The notes: generated by a model from the letters alone, not told the origin. A DNA stretch of 64,000 nucleotides from an uncultured Fibrobacterota bacterium (GCA_963729895.1 CAVSQB010000007.1:26374-90373), one strand, 5' to 3'; counted from the first letter of the stretch, positions 1 through 10,541 are shown. Translations and numbers: made by a program.

Positions 1-419
1 AAGAGGATCGGGTAACGGATTTTGATTACTGAGAAGCCCATGATGCAGACTTGCAGGCCGATAGCCTCGGCCAGATACGTCTTTCCGCATCCGGTAGAGC
101 CGGTAATAATGATGTTCTGCGAGTTGTTGATCCATGTCGCCGTGGTCAACGGCATGAGATCTTTTTTCATAAACCCTCTGGATTGATTGTACGTGACATT
201 TTCGAGGGTTGCCTGTTCGGGTTTGAAGTTTGCGTGGCCGATCATGCGGGAGAGCCTCCGGTTTTTCCGGGCATTGTATTCGTCTTCGACCAGAAGGGCG
301 AAGAACTCCTCCGGGGCCAGATCACGGTTGTTGCCGCCGGCCAAACGTGTCTGCAATGATTCGGCCATTGCCGAGAGTCGCATGGATTTGAGCTGTTCAA
401 TGACGTTTTCGATATGCAT
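1..419 (-). CDS. istB: IS21 helper ATPase IstB, partial
   Basis: Same sequence as the 5' part of 59125..59871, including Walker A GSTGCGKT. Confidence 0.9.
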   Translation of the reverse strand, partial: MHIENVIEQLKSMRLSAMAESLQTRLAGGNNRDLAPEEFFALLVEDEYNARKNRRLSRMIGHANFKPEQATLENVTYNQSRGFMKKDLMPLTTATWINNSQNIIITGSTGCGKTYLAEAIGLQVCIMGFSVIKIRYPIL

Positions 420-437
420 AGAAGTTCTCTTTTCCGG

Positions 438-2009
438 TTACTGGTTGATGTAATACTGTGGCCCGCGTATGTTTTCATGAACCACGGGCGGTTGGCTTTG
501 CGTGGGCAGCGGTAAAAAAGTCTGGTTGTCCAGGTGCTGCTCAAGGATTGTTTTGATGGCTTTGAGCGTTGTCGATTTGTAATAGGTAGCTCTTTGACAT
601 GCTCTTTCGAGTCTCTGCGGCGAGTATACTTTTGCCAGTCGCAAAACGCCCATGACGGCGTTAAAGCCCTGCTGAACATGGTCTCTTCGGTTCATGATCT
701 GCCAGGCCGCTTCGGCGGTTGCCGGACCGATCTCAGTCGCTTTGGCGATGAACCACTCTTTCGACCACCCTTTGACAAACGCATGGCTTGGCGGCATATG
801 TTCGGTTGTCGTGGCGTATCCGAAGTTCGGCGGGCCTGCCTGATGGCGGCAGACATGGATATTGTCGTGATAGATTTCTATGATCGGGCCGATCTGATAT
901 ACGTCCACGCGCTGCGTTGCAAGGTAATGCGGTACGCTGTAAAAATGATCTTCGAACCGGATGTGGTAATTATGGCCGACCAGCACGTCGAGCTTCACGA
1001 GGGATATCTTGAATGGCTCGGCAGGCAGTTGCTGGGCATAGGGCTTATCCAGCTCTTCGAAGCGCTGCCGTCTCGTCTGGCCGCCATACTCCTTCATCGG
1101 GCGGTTGTTGAGCGCTTCCAGTTCTTCCCGTATTGCGACATTGACCTCATCCAGAGAAAAGAACTGCCGGTTGCGCAACCGAGCCAGGATAAAACGCTGG
1201 GCCTGCAAAACGGCGCTCTCCACAATGGCTTTGTCCTGAGGCTTCAGCACCCGTGCGGGAAGAAACGCCACACGATAATGATCTGCCATCTTCCCGTAAA
1301 CGGGATTTGCGACCGGGTCGTACCGGTCGGATTTCTTAACCCCGCTTTTGGTATTGTCCAGAACAAAAGCGAATGGCGCAACGCCGAAGTACTCAAGGCC
1401 GTGCACATGGGAGAGGGCAAAATCACGCGTCTTCTGGCTTTCGCTTCCTTCGGCAAACGTGAAGCTGCTGGCACCCCAGGCGCAAACAAAAAGATCGACA
1501 GCGATGATTTCCCCGGTACGGCGATCGATATACTCCAAGCCATCGCCGGAGTAATCGGAGAACACCTTGTCCCCGCCTTTATGGATTACCTTCATGGTAA
1601 TCTCCGGCGGACGGTGCCGTGCGACATGATCGTAAAATGCCGTGCGCTTCAAACCATCGGGATGCTGCTCGGCATATTCCTCCCACAGGCGCTGCAGCGT
1701 GACGTGTGGCCGAACGAGTTCTTTCTCAATGTATTTGACATCGGGCAGCCGAAAGGCGGGTGTGTCGTCAGGCGGCGGCACTGGTGGAAACAACGCAGCC
1801 TCAAGCGCCGTGTCCGTCAGCGTATCTGGCAGCGGCCACGGAAGCTTCGACAGTTGAAACCGCTCCAGGTAGTTTATGACGCTGCCCTTGGACAGCGATA
1901 GCGCAAGAGACGTTTGCTCCGCGCTGATGTTCTTTGATAACCGGTACTCAAGTACCTGGCGAATCTTCCGCATAGGCGTTCTCCCTCTGCTCATATCGTC
2001 TCCCTTCAA
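438..2009 (-). CDS. istA: IS21 DDE transposase IstA (start may be ATG 1994)
   Basis: N-terminal HTH, DYSG, DNTKSGV, PARVLKPQDKAIVE, C-terminal HENIRGPQYY typical of IstA. Confidence 0.93.
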   Translation of the reverse strand: MKGDDMSRGRTPMRKIRQVLEYRLSKNISAEQTSLALSLSKGSVINYLERFQLSKLPWPLPDTLTDTALEAALFPPVPPPDDTPAFRLPDVKYIEKELVRPHVTLQRLWEEYAEQHPDGLKRTAFYDHVARHRPPEITMKVIHKGGDKVFSDYSGDGLEYIDRRTGEIIAVDLFVCAWGASSFTFAEGSESQKTRDFALSHVHGLEYFGVAPFAFVLDNTKSGVKKSDRYDPVANPVYGKMADHYRVAFLPARVLKPQDKAIVESAVLQAQRFILARLRNRQFFSLDEVNVAIREELEALNNRPMKEYGGQTRRQRFEELDKPYAQQLPAEPFKISLVKLDVLVGHNYHIRFEDHFYSVPHYLATQRVDVYQIGPIIEIYHDNIHVCRHQAGPPNFGYATTTEHMPPSHAFVKGWSKEWFIAKATEIGPATAEAAWQIMNRRDHVQQGFNAVMGVLRLAKVYSPQRLERACQRATYYKSTTLKAIKTILEQHLDNQTFLPLPTQSQPPVVHENIRGPQYYINQ

Positions 2010-2062
2010 TGGTGAAAAGAGACGATATAGGTGAATCCGGGAACGCTTCCTGAAAAATCATC

Positions 2063-2183
2063 CGTCCGGTCAAATAAAAGCGGATTTGCCGGTCAAATTG
2101 AACCGGATTGATCGGTCATTTTGATCCGGATTCGGCGGTCAAATTGAGGCGGATTAGTCGGTCATTTTGGGGCGGATCAGTCA
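2063..2183. repeat. IS21 subterminal repeated transposase-binding sites
   Basis: Five CGGTCA(A/T)...CGGAT units with ~23-bp period, also present at the end of copy 2. Confidence 0.85.
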
Positions 2184-4140
2184 CGAGAAACCATCTCAGT
2201 ACAGCTTCAAGACCCCTGAGATCAACTACCTTGCGCTAATGGCCCCAAAGGTGCCTGCGAAAGTGGTTGACATTATGCTTTCTGTCCCGATGTCATCGCA
2301 GACCTTCAACCCCGAAATCATTGACCGGTTCTTGTGGATTTGCGGTAATCTGCCCGCAGAACAATTGGCAAGAATGGTGCGAAAAATCCGAGATGAGAGA
2401 TGGATACAGCTCATGGGCAAGTTTACCCAATGGGAAACCGAATACGAAAAGATGTTTCAGATCTTATCTGATGCCACGGACTACGAGAGCATCCTTGCGC
2501 TTGCTGAAGCGGTACTATCGACACGAACAAGAGAAGAGATGGAGATATCCGCTGGACGAGTTAGTATCGGTAATCCATTCTATTTCGAGGAATTGTTTGA
2601 AACCAGGGTATTTGACCACCTGATGAAAATAGGGGAAGCCTACGCGGAACGGGCTCTTGAACTGGCAACCAAAGTGCTAGGGGAACTCGTTCTTCTTGGT
2701 GGAAATGCAAAGCCAGGTGAAGCATTTCCAATAGAGGACGTGTTCCATCTATTCGATGTGGACTTCTTTGCGGTGAGCGCCGACAAAAGAGATGGCTTTT
2801 CGCCTCAAGAAAATGTTAGTGGGTTAGCAGTCGTTGTCAAGGAACTTGCCAGCCGGCTGATTGGAGACAAATGCACACAACCGGACGCCGTCCGAAAAAC
2901 CTATGACAAATACATCAGGTTGTTGCCTGAAAGTAAAGCAATGTGGCGATTAAAACTGTCTGTTTTGAGCTTGTGTCCTGCTGTTTTTGCGGACGATCTG
3001 AGGCAATCTTTTTTCAAGTTATTCGAGGCGAAGCGCTATAGCGAAGTTATGTCTGGCGCAGAATATGAAAAAGCCTTAGAGGAAGGATTTTCCGTATTGT
3101 CTGAACCTGACAAGCATGAATACGTATCACGGGTCATTGGTTGTTTTAAGAGGACTGTGGAAGACAAGGATGAACAGTATTGGCTTATGCGATACGGAAC
3201 CAGAATATTCTCAATGATCAGGCTCCACCTTGCTGAAGGAGAAATTAAACAATTTGAGGATGCCGGATTCCTATTTGAGCAGGACTATGAACCCAAACCG
3301 GCAATAAGTGAAATCCGCTGGGTTAAGCCAATTGGCCCAACTAGCCAGGAGGAATTTGGAAAACTTCCCATAACCGAGATTCTTGAGAACCTTCGCACCA
3401 AGTGGGCTCCCGAAGCGCTGGGCAAACAGGATACAAAGAGAGACCCACTCAATGCTGAGGGTGTTGGGGAGTTATTGCGTGCAGATATTCCCAAACGTCT
3501 CCAGGATTATGCAAATGCCGCCAACCTGTTTTTCAACCGAGGTGTGCTTCATCAGCACTACACGTATTCGTTCTTACGGGGCATCCAAGAAGTTCTCCGT
3601 GAAAAGAAAGCTGATTTGAAAGGCATAAATTGGGACAGCCTAATTAGTCTTCTAGTATCAATAACGAAGTCTGGAGGGGAGAGCCAACCTGACAAAAGGA
3701 AAAACAGCGGAGATGCGGTAGGTGCATGGCTTGTTGGATGGGATGAAGTTCATTCGATGATGGCTGACGTAATTCAAGAGCTACTGAGCGAAAAAAGTGG
3801 GAAGATAAATATTCAATTCGAAAAGTATCGCGATCCGCTTTTCGCTGCCCTAAAGTATCTCCTGAGGCATCCAAATCCTTCTCCTGAGGATGAAAGGATC
3901 GAAACGGCAAGGATGAAGACAAAGTCCGGAAGCGAAAAAGAGTTCCTCGTGAGTGACCCCTTCATGATGGCCATCAATTCGGTGCGCGGCCGAGCATTTG
4001 AGGCGTTCGTTTCCTTTGTATTTCAGGACGGAAAAAGATTTGAAAATGGCGAGAAGCCGAAAATATCCTCAGATGTGAAGCTTGCCTATGAACAGGTCTT
4101 GAAGAATGAAAAGACGCGAGCCATAATGTTCCTGTATGGG

Positions 4141-5785
4141 TCCTGATTCCGTGAGATAAGGTTATTAAAAACAAATTGACGGCGTTGACAAGAACGAATA
4201 TGGTTGCTAAGGCTTCTTGATAAGTTGTTGCCGGGGTGATTCCACTATGATTTGCGCTTCTGACCCCATGGTTGACAAATACACTCAACGTGTCGGTGGC
4301 GACGTTTGTTTGGTTACGGGTCTATTTCCGTTTATTGCTCTCCTTAGGTCAGCCATCCGTGGCGAACGCCAGATACGTTTGCGTCCACGCTATGCGGAGT
4401 TGATTCCGCCGCGACAGGGCAAGCATCAACCGGCGGGCATGCGTTATCACGCGTGCTGCTATGTACATAAGATCCTGAATGACCTTCCGCAATCTCCGGC
4501 GTGCAACTTTCTTACGCGGCACGTACCCCTTGTCGATTCCAACTTGGCCGCAGAGCCGCAGCATGTTGAACGCAAGAACCGCCAACGTCAACACCAATGC
4601 GTTGGTCGTGAACTTCCCGCTGGGAAGCCGCTCCAGCGCCATATCACTCTTCAGCTCCGAGTGAAACTGCTCGCTGGTGCCATGATCCCGGTACGCTGCA
4701 ATAACGTCGTCCGGGCCGGCGTTGCGTCTGCTCAGGCTCGTCCACCACGTGTGAACCTCTACATCCGGCAGCAGCAAGGCGTTTCCGTCGCGGTCGATTG
4801 TCCGTTCGATCACCTCGAACACAACGCGCATGTTTTCGCCGTTTCTTTCCCGTATTGTCTCACCAACGTACACGGTCTTGCCTTCACGAGGATGACGCCA
4901 GTCACCGAGCGCTTGAGCATCCACGAGCCATTCGTCAATAGATTCCCTGCGTATGTTCCGTTTGATTATGTAATCGACCTTTTCCTTGCGGCAGACTCGC
5001 ATGTTTTCAATATCGTCATGTCCGGCATCAAGACGCACAAGGATCGAACGATCCGTTATTTTTCGAGCAAGGGCTATGGTCTTGCGCAGAAACTCCGGAG
5101 TTCCTTCCTGGCAATGTTGTTTCCCTTCGCGCAACTCCGCGTTCAGCAGGTAGCCTTCCACGCCTATGTAGGCAAGCATCGGAGAATATCCCTCGAACAA
5201 CTTGTACGTGCAGCTTACGCCTTCCTTATGAGAACCACTGTTGTCAAAAGGAGATACGTCAGCGTCAATCGGAATATACGGTCCAAAGCAGGCGGTGAGC
5301 CGTGGCGCTGCTTTTTTCAACAGGGACGCCGAAGCGGAAAGGACTGCGTTTTGAACGGTCAGGCCCGTTTCGTCCATTCGCTGCCGCAGTGTAGCCTCGG
5401 AAGGAACCGCTTTCAATCCAAGCATCTCCTGAAAATAGTCGTCTTCACGAAACTGCTCGACCCCGTCAAAGTCTGGTTTGGCAAGACACAAAAGCCCCGT
5501 CATGGTCAGCAGCGCGTCCGCGGTGCTTATACTCCCGCTCTTCTTGTCCGGAGTAACCTGCGAAACACGCTCGCGCAAACCGGATCGCTCCGCAAGCATC
5601 CCGATCATTGCCATTCCACCATGGCTGGTCAGAAACTCGTCCGTCTCCGTGATTATCAACTTTCTCGGCTTTGGCATGACACCTTCCGGGTGAATAATGT
5701 GAACTGCCATTTAGTCAAGCACCATTCACCCTTAATCTACACGAAAAATCATCAAAATGCCAAAGTTTTTCTCACGGATTTAGGA
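4141..5785 (-). mobile_element. IS1380-family insertion sequence
   Basis: Terminal IRs TCCTGATTCCGTGAGA (4141) and TCTCACGGATTTAGGA (5770-5785), 14/16 match. GGG on both flanks. One transposase ORF. Confidence 0.88.
4349..5710 (-). CDS. IS1380-family DDE transposase (start may be 5677)
   Basis: Motifs LTSHGG, IDADVSPFDNSGSHKEG, ELREGKQHCQ, VRLDAG, YRDHGTSEQFHSELK, LERLPSGKF. Confidence 0.9.
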   Translation of the reverse strand: MAVHIIHPEGVMPKPRKLIITETDEFLTSHGGMAMIGMLAERSGLRERVSQVTPDKKSGSISTADALLTMTGLLCLAKPDFDGVEQFREDDYFQEMLGLKAVPSEATLRQRMDETGLTVQNAVLSASASLLKKAAPRLTACFGPYIPIDADVSPFDNSGSHKEGVSCTYKLFEGYSPMLAYIGVEGYLLNAELREGKQHCQEGTPEFLRKTIALARKITDRSILVRLDAGHDDIENMRVCRKEKVDYIIKRNIRRESIDEWLVDAQALGDWRHPREGKTVYVGETIRERNGENMRVVFEVIERTIDRDGNALLLPDVEVHTWWTSLSRRNAGPDDVIAAYRDHGTSEQFHSELKSDMALERLPSGKFTTNALVLTLAVLAFNMLRLCGQVGIDKGYVPRKKVARRRLRKVIQDLMYIAARVITHARRLMLALSRRNQLRIAWTQTYLAFATDG

Positions 5786-6802
5786 GGGAATTATCTTCCT
5801 GTTTTTTATTTCCGCGACAGGGGGTGGATTGTGGGGCTTTTGCCTCAGATTTTTCCTCGGGGTCCAGAGAAGAAAGACCTTTACACCGGAGCGTGGGAGG
5901 GCTACCTTTCAAGGAATCTCTATAAGGAAATGTTTTTGGACCCAAACATACAAGAATTGTATAGCCTCGGTCTCCGCTTGACGGATTCCGATTATCCGAA
6001 ACAAAAGCACTTTATGGAGCCAGACATTGGCCTTGCCAACCATTTTGCACTCGCATTCTCGTACTTCAAGGAATTTGGATTTGAACATCATTTATTCAAG
6101 AAGTTTTGGGAAACTCCAAATAGTGAAAGGCATAAAGAGTTCATTTCTTTTATTGGCCGCAATGTGGTGTCCGGAAATATTACAGCAGACCAGATGCTGA
6201 AAATGGGATTGGACAGACCAAGGCTGAAGGAGTTCTGGGATTGGGCGGTTGCGAGATGCGGAACTGATGAGCTCATTGGCTTCGGTCACTGGATAAGCCT
6301 CAAACAGAAGATATTTGAGACGTTCTGGCTTGCAGATCACGTGGAAAACCTTCTCGAGAAAACAAAGGGTGCTTTGGATTGGATTTATGGGCTTAAGGAA
6401 TCTGCAGTCCAGTTTGCAAAAGAAGCTCCAGAAAGTACTCTGTCGATTGCGCAGCTTTATCTACTTGACGGAATGGTGCGTGCAAATAATCCTAAGAAAT
6501 TTCGTCTCCTTGATGATGAATGGTTCGAGGCCATAAAGGTTCTCTACAACAGCCCCGCAACAAAACCAGGAACGTATACGCTTATTAACGATCTTATTGG
6601 TGAAGGCGGAAGTCCTTTTTGGGGGCTTAAGGACATTTTGAAGAGGTAAGGAATTTGTGACAAACGTTAATTTTCTCGGCCTTCGGCCTCCAGTGAAAAT
6701 CCAAACCTTGATATTGTCCCTCGGTGACTTTTTTTGGCCGAAAACATGGTTCCCTCGATGCTCAGAGAGCAGTTCTCTTTTCAAAATTCGCGCAAGCCTT
6801 TA

Positions 6803-6968
6803 TTGACAAGTAGGCAACGGCCTTCTGCCCTGCGCCAGGCACAACCGGAGGGTGCGCCGGAGCGCAGTGCCGGCCGGCCCGGCCATAAGGCATAGGGCGG
6901 CCCGGCACCGAGGCCGAACGGCCGAGCCCAAAGGGAGGGCCGCCGTCCCGGCAGGGACGGGGCGCCCA
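6803..6968. ncRNA. Candidate structured RNA or dispersed structured element, copy A
   Basis: GC-rich multi-hairpin intergenic segment homologous to 43281..43450, with compensatory stem substitutions. Confidence 0.5.
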
Positions 6969-7245
6969 GATTCTTATCTTAATATTGGTGTGCACCCTGC
7001 CCGGGCTCTCCAGTCTATCACCTCAACCTTAATATGGAATAAACCCCTCCCACAATTGACTTCCTTTCCCGCCCAATCTATTTTGAATCGCTTTGCCATA
7101 ACCCCGCTGGTGGGGAAGATTCCGTAAATCCCGGGGTAACGCTGTCTTTAGTTTTTTCGTATTTGCCCCCAGTAATTCCGTGTCGACGCGATAAAGGCCC
7201 AAGCCATGCCTTTGTTCAACAATTTTCCCGGTTAGAGAATCCCTT

Positions 7246-8286
7246 ATGCCATCCACATCACTCAGTTATGCCGATGCAGGCGTTAATATTCCGGTTTGGA
7301 ACGCGGCAAGAAAGCGGATTGGAAAGCTTGTAGAGTCCACGTTCAACAAGAATGTTGTGGGCAGGTTCGGACACTTTGGCGGCATGTTCTCCATCGCGTC
7401 GCTGAAGAGCTACAAGAAGCCCATCCTGGTTTCATCGGTGGACGGCGTGGGCACAAAGCTCAAGATTGCGGCCGAAACCGGCATCCACTGCACCGTGGGC
7501 ATGGACATTGTGAACCACTGCATCAACGACATTCTCGTGCTCGGGGCAAAGCCGCTGTACTTTCTCGACTACATTGCAACCGGGAAACTCGACCCGGACG
7601 TATTTGTCAAGGTCCTTGCCGGGCTCACCCGCGCCTGCAAAGACGCCGGTTGCGTGCTCATCGGGGGCGAGACCGCTGAAATGCCGGGCATGTACCAGGC
7701 GGGCGAGTACGACATTGCCGGGACCATCGTGGGCGTTGTGGACGAAAAGGACGTTATTGACGGAAGCAAAATAAGAATCGGGGACATCATCATCGGCCTG
7801 CGGTCCAACGGCCTGCACACCAACGGGTACAGCCTTGCGCGCACCATCGTCAAAGACGTTGCGAAGAAATCCTATTTTGACAAATTTCCCGAAACCGGGC
7901 GCACCATCGGAGAGGAACTGTTGCGGCCGCATCGGCCCTACAGTCCCGTGCTCGGCCTCATGAAGAAGGGCCTAGTTCGCGGCTGTGCGCACATAACGGG
8001 CGGCGGGTTCACCGACAACGTTGACCGTATCCTGCCTCCGAAATGCGATGCCGCAGTCGATTGCAGATCCTGGGAGCCTGATGCGATTTTCACCTGGATG
8101 CAGAAGCAGGGCAACGTGGAAAACCCCGAAATGTACCGGACTTTCAACATGGGAATCGGCATGGTGCTTGCGGTAAAACCTGCGGACGCGGACAAGGTCC
8201 TGCGCTCAAAGGAAATTTCGAAATTCGGGCCCCGCGTGGTGGGTACTATCGTAAGGGGAAGCGGGAAGGTGAAACTGACGTTCTAG
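7246..8286 (+). CDS. purM: Phosphoribosylformylglycinamidine cyclo-ligase (AIR synthetase)
   Basis: SYADAGVN, DGVGTKL, GGETAEMPG, HTNGYSL, AHITGGG, RTFNMGIG. Confidence 0.96.
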   Translation: MPSTSLSYADAGVNIPVWNAARKRIGKLVESTFNKNVVGRFGHFGGMFSIASLKSYKKPILVSSVDGVGTKLKIAAETGIHCTVGMDIVNHCINDILVLGAKPLYFLDYIATGKLDPDVFVKVLAGLTRACKDAGCVLIGGETAEMPGMYQAGEYDIAGTIVGVVDEKDVIDGSKIRIGDIIIGLRSNGLHTNGYSLARTIVKDVAKKSYFDKFPETGRTIGEELLRPHRPYSPVLGLMKKGLVRGCAHITGGGFTDNVDRILPPKCDAAVDCRSWEPDAIFTWMQKQGNVENPEMYRTFNMGIGMVLAVKPADADKVLRSKEISKFGPRVVGTIVRGSGKVKLTF

Positions 8287-8299
8287 AAATTTTCCGCGG

Positions 8300-8407
8300 C
8301 GCCTCACTCCGCTTCACCTCATCGCCCCGGCTTTCAGCCACCCCTCTTCCTCTCTCCGCTCGCGGAGAAGGGATGAGGGAAGAGGGAAGGGGAGAAGGGG
8401 TGAGGCG
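8300..8407. repeat. Long palindromic REP-like repeat
   Basis: CGCCTCAC...CCCCTCTTCC...GAGGG...GTGAGGCG, related to five other copies. Confidence 0.75.
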
Positions 8408-8443
8408 AAAGCAAGATTTTCCATAACACGTTACGGCTTTATC

Positions 8444-9925
8444 ATGAATCACAAACTTTTCTTATACAACACCGCCGCGCGCAGCAAAGAGGAATTCGTG
8501 CCGGTCCACGATCCCGTGGCCATGTACTGCTGCGGCCCGACCGTTTACAATTTCGCCCATATCGGCAACCTTCGCACCTATATTTTTGAAGACGTGCTCA
8601 AGCGCGTGCTGCTGTCGCTCGGATTCAAGGTGAAGCACGTTGTAAACATCACCGATGTGGGCCACCTGACTTCCGATGCCGACTCCGGCGAAGACAAGAT
8701 GGAAAAAGGGGCGAGCCGCGAAGGGAAAACCGTGTGGGAGATCGCCGAGTACTACACGAAGATGTTCAAACAGAACATCAAGGACCTCAACATTCTCGAT
8801 CCCGATCTCTGGCCCAAGGCAACGGACCACATCGCACAGATGATAGCCCTGGTGAAGGCGATAGAGAAAAATGGATTTGCTTATAAGACGAGCGACGGCA
8901 TCTATTTCAACACCTCGAAGTTCCCGGCCTACGCCGAATTCGCGCAGATCGACATCGAAAACCTGCAGGCGGGCAGCCGCGTTGACATGGGAGACAAGAA
9001 GAACGCCACCGACTTCGCGCTGTGGAAATTCTCGCCCAGAGACAGGCAGCGCCAGATGGAATGGAGCAGCCCGTGGGGCAAGGGATTCCCCGGCTGGCAC
9101 ATCGAGTGCAGCGCCATGTCGCTGGCGTACTGCCCGCAGCCGCTCGACATTCACTGCGGCGGCATGGACCATGTGCGCGTGCACCACACCAACGAAATCG
9201 CCCAGACCGAGGCCGCAACCGGCAAACCGTTCGTGCGATACTGGCTGCACGGCGAGTTCCTGGTAGTTGACAAGGGGAAAATGGCCAAATCGTCCGGCGA
9301 TTTTCTCACCCTGGATTCAATCAGGGAATCGGGCATTTCGCCGCTTGCGTACCGCATGTTCTGCTACACGGCGCATTACCGGAGCCCCCTGATGTTTTCG
9401 TGGGACGGGCTCAAGGCCGCCGGGCACGGGCTGGCCAACCTGAAGAAACTGGTTTTTTCCGAAACCAGGAAGCCTTCTTCGCCCGCTGCGGCGTCCCGCG
9501 AGTCGGTTGATGGCATCCTGGCTCCGTTTTATGAAGCGTTGTGCGACGACATGAACATGCCGGTCGCCTGCGCGCATGTGTGGGCGCTCCTGAGAGACGC
9601 CGGTGTAAGCGCGGAGGAGAAATATCGTGCAGTCGAATCTGCGGATGCCGTACTCGCGCTCGACCTCCTCAAGGACGATAGAGTGCAGGACACGGTTTCC
9701 GAAATCGAAAGGGACGGGATGCGGCTGAAGATCGTTTCGGATGCCGCGCCGCAGGAAGTGCTTGTAGAACAGATTGTTTCGCTCATGGCTCAGCGCGTGG
9801 AGGCCCGAAAGAACAAGACCTTTGACAAAGCGGATTCGATCAGGAAGGAGCTGTCGGGCATGGGCGTGGAAATCAAAGACCTGCCGGGCGGCGTGGCCGA
9901 GTGCCGCATCGGCGTTCATTCATAG
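8444..9925 (+). CDS. cysS: Cysteinyl-tRNA synthetase
   Basis: CGPTVY, HIGN, PWGKGFPGWHIECSAM, KMAKS. Confidence 0.96.
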   Translation: MNHKLFLYNTAARSKEEFVPVHDPVAMYCCGPTVYNFAHIGNLRTYIFEDVLKRVLLSLGFKVKHVVNITDVGHLTSDADSGEDKMEKGASREGKTVWEIAEYYTKMFKQNIKDLNILDPDLWPKATDHIAQMIALVKAIEKNGFAYKTSDGIYFNTSKFPAYAEFAQIDIENLQAGSRVDMGDKKNATDFALWKFSPRDRQRQMEWSSPWGKGFPGWHIECSAMSLAYCPQPLDIHCGGMDHVRVHHTNEIAQTEAATGKPFVRYWLHGEFLVVDKGKMAKSSGDFLTLDSIRESGISPLAYRMFCYTAHYRSPLMFSWDGLKAAGHGLANLKKLVFSETRKPSSPAAASRESVDGILAPFYEALCDDMNMPVACAHVWALLRDAGVSAEEKYRAVESADAVLALDLLKDDRVQDTVSEIERDGMRLKIVSDAAPQEVLVEQIVSLMAQRVEARKNKTFDKADSIRKELSGMGVEIKDLPGGVAECRIGVHS

Positions 9926-9950
9926 AAGTCACGTACCAAGGAGTTGCATT

Positions 9951-10541
9951 GTGATAAACGCAAAAGGGAATTCCTTCTCCGACGAACTCAAGAAAATGGT
10001 GGTGGGCGCAGACATCGAAGAACAGATGCTGAAGCGCAGGGAGATTTTCCTCTGGGGCGAGATCAACGACGAGTCTGCGGCGATGGTAGTCCAGAAAATA
10101 ATCTATTTCGACGGCCAGAACAACGAGGACATCACGCTGTTTATCAACAGCCCGGGAGGCATGATAAGCTCCGGGCTTGCCATCTACGACGCAATGCAGT
10201 ATGCCGCCTCGGATATCAAAACGGTGTGCATGGGCCTGGCGGCGAGCATGGGCGCTGTGGTGCTGTGCGCAGGAGCAAAAGGAAAGCGCCAGAGCTGGGA
10301 AAATGCCAGGATCATGATCCATCAGCCGCTCATCGCGGGCAATTTCTTTGGCCCTGCCTCGGAAATCAAGATTCAGGCCGAGGAGATGCTTAAAGTGCGC
10401 GACCGGCTCAACCGGATACTTGCCGATCATTCCGGCCAGCCTCTCAAGAAGATTGAAGAAGACACCGACAGGGACTACTTTATGTCGTCCGAAGAGGCGG
10501 TGAAATACGGGCTGATCGACACTATTGTAAAAAAATTATAA
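9951..10541 (+). CDS. clpP: ATP-dependent Clp protease proteolytic subunit (short N-terminus)
   Basis: INSPGG, AASMG, IMIHQP, DRDYFM catalytic triad. GTG 9951 preceded by AAGGAG. Confidence 0.9.
   Translation: MINAKGNSFSDELKKMVVGADIEEQMLKRREIFLWGEINDESAAMVVQKIIYFDGQNNEDITLFINSPGGMISSGLAIYDAMQYAASDIKTVCMGLAASMGAVVLCAGAKGKRQSWENARIMIHQPLIAGNFFGPASEIKIQAEEMLKVRDRLNRILADHSGQPLKKIEEDTDRDYFMSSEEAVKYGLIDTIVKKL

Larger units (their letters stand above)
1..2183 (-). mobile_element. IS21-family insertion sequence, copy 1 (istB end runs off the window)
   Basis: istA+istB ORFs. Matches 59453..61635 at offset 59452, and the match stops at ...GATCAGTCA (2183), which is a TG terminus on the minus strand. 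Confidence 0.95.
2184..6649 (+). pseudogene. Large hypothetical protein (>940 aa visible) interrupted by IS21 at the 5' side and by IS1380 internally
   Basis: ORF 2167..4146 ends ...AIMFLYG at the IS1380 junction and resumes in frame at 5786 (G-NYLPVFYF...) to the stop at 6649. Confidence 0.85.

Noticed and set aside
534..1901. 455-aa + strand ORF (and its twin at 59986..61353)
   Set aside because: Antisense shadow of istA with no recognisable motifs.
2063..2183. Regularly spaced repeats resembling a mini-CRISPR
   Set aside because: About 23-bp period with no unique spacers and no cas genes. They are IS21 end repeats present in both copies. No CRISPR array was seen in the window.
4217..6649. 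810-aa ORF as one gene
   Set aside because: The first ~523 codons are the antisense of the IS1380 element. Only 5786 onward belongs to the disrupted host gene.
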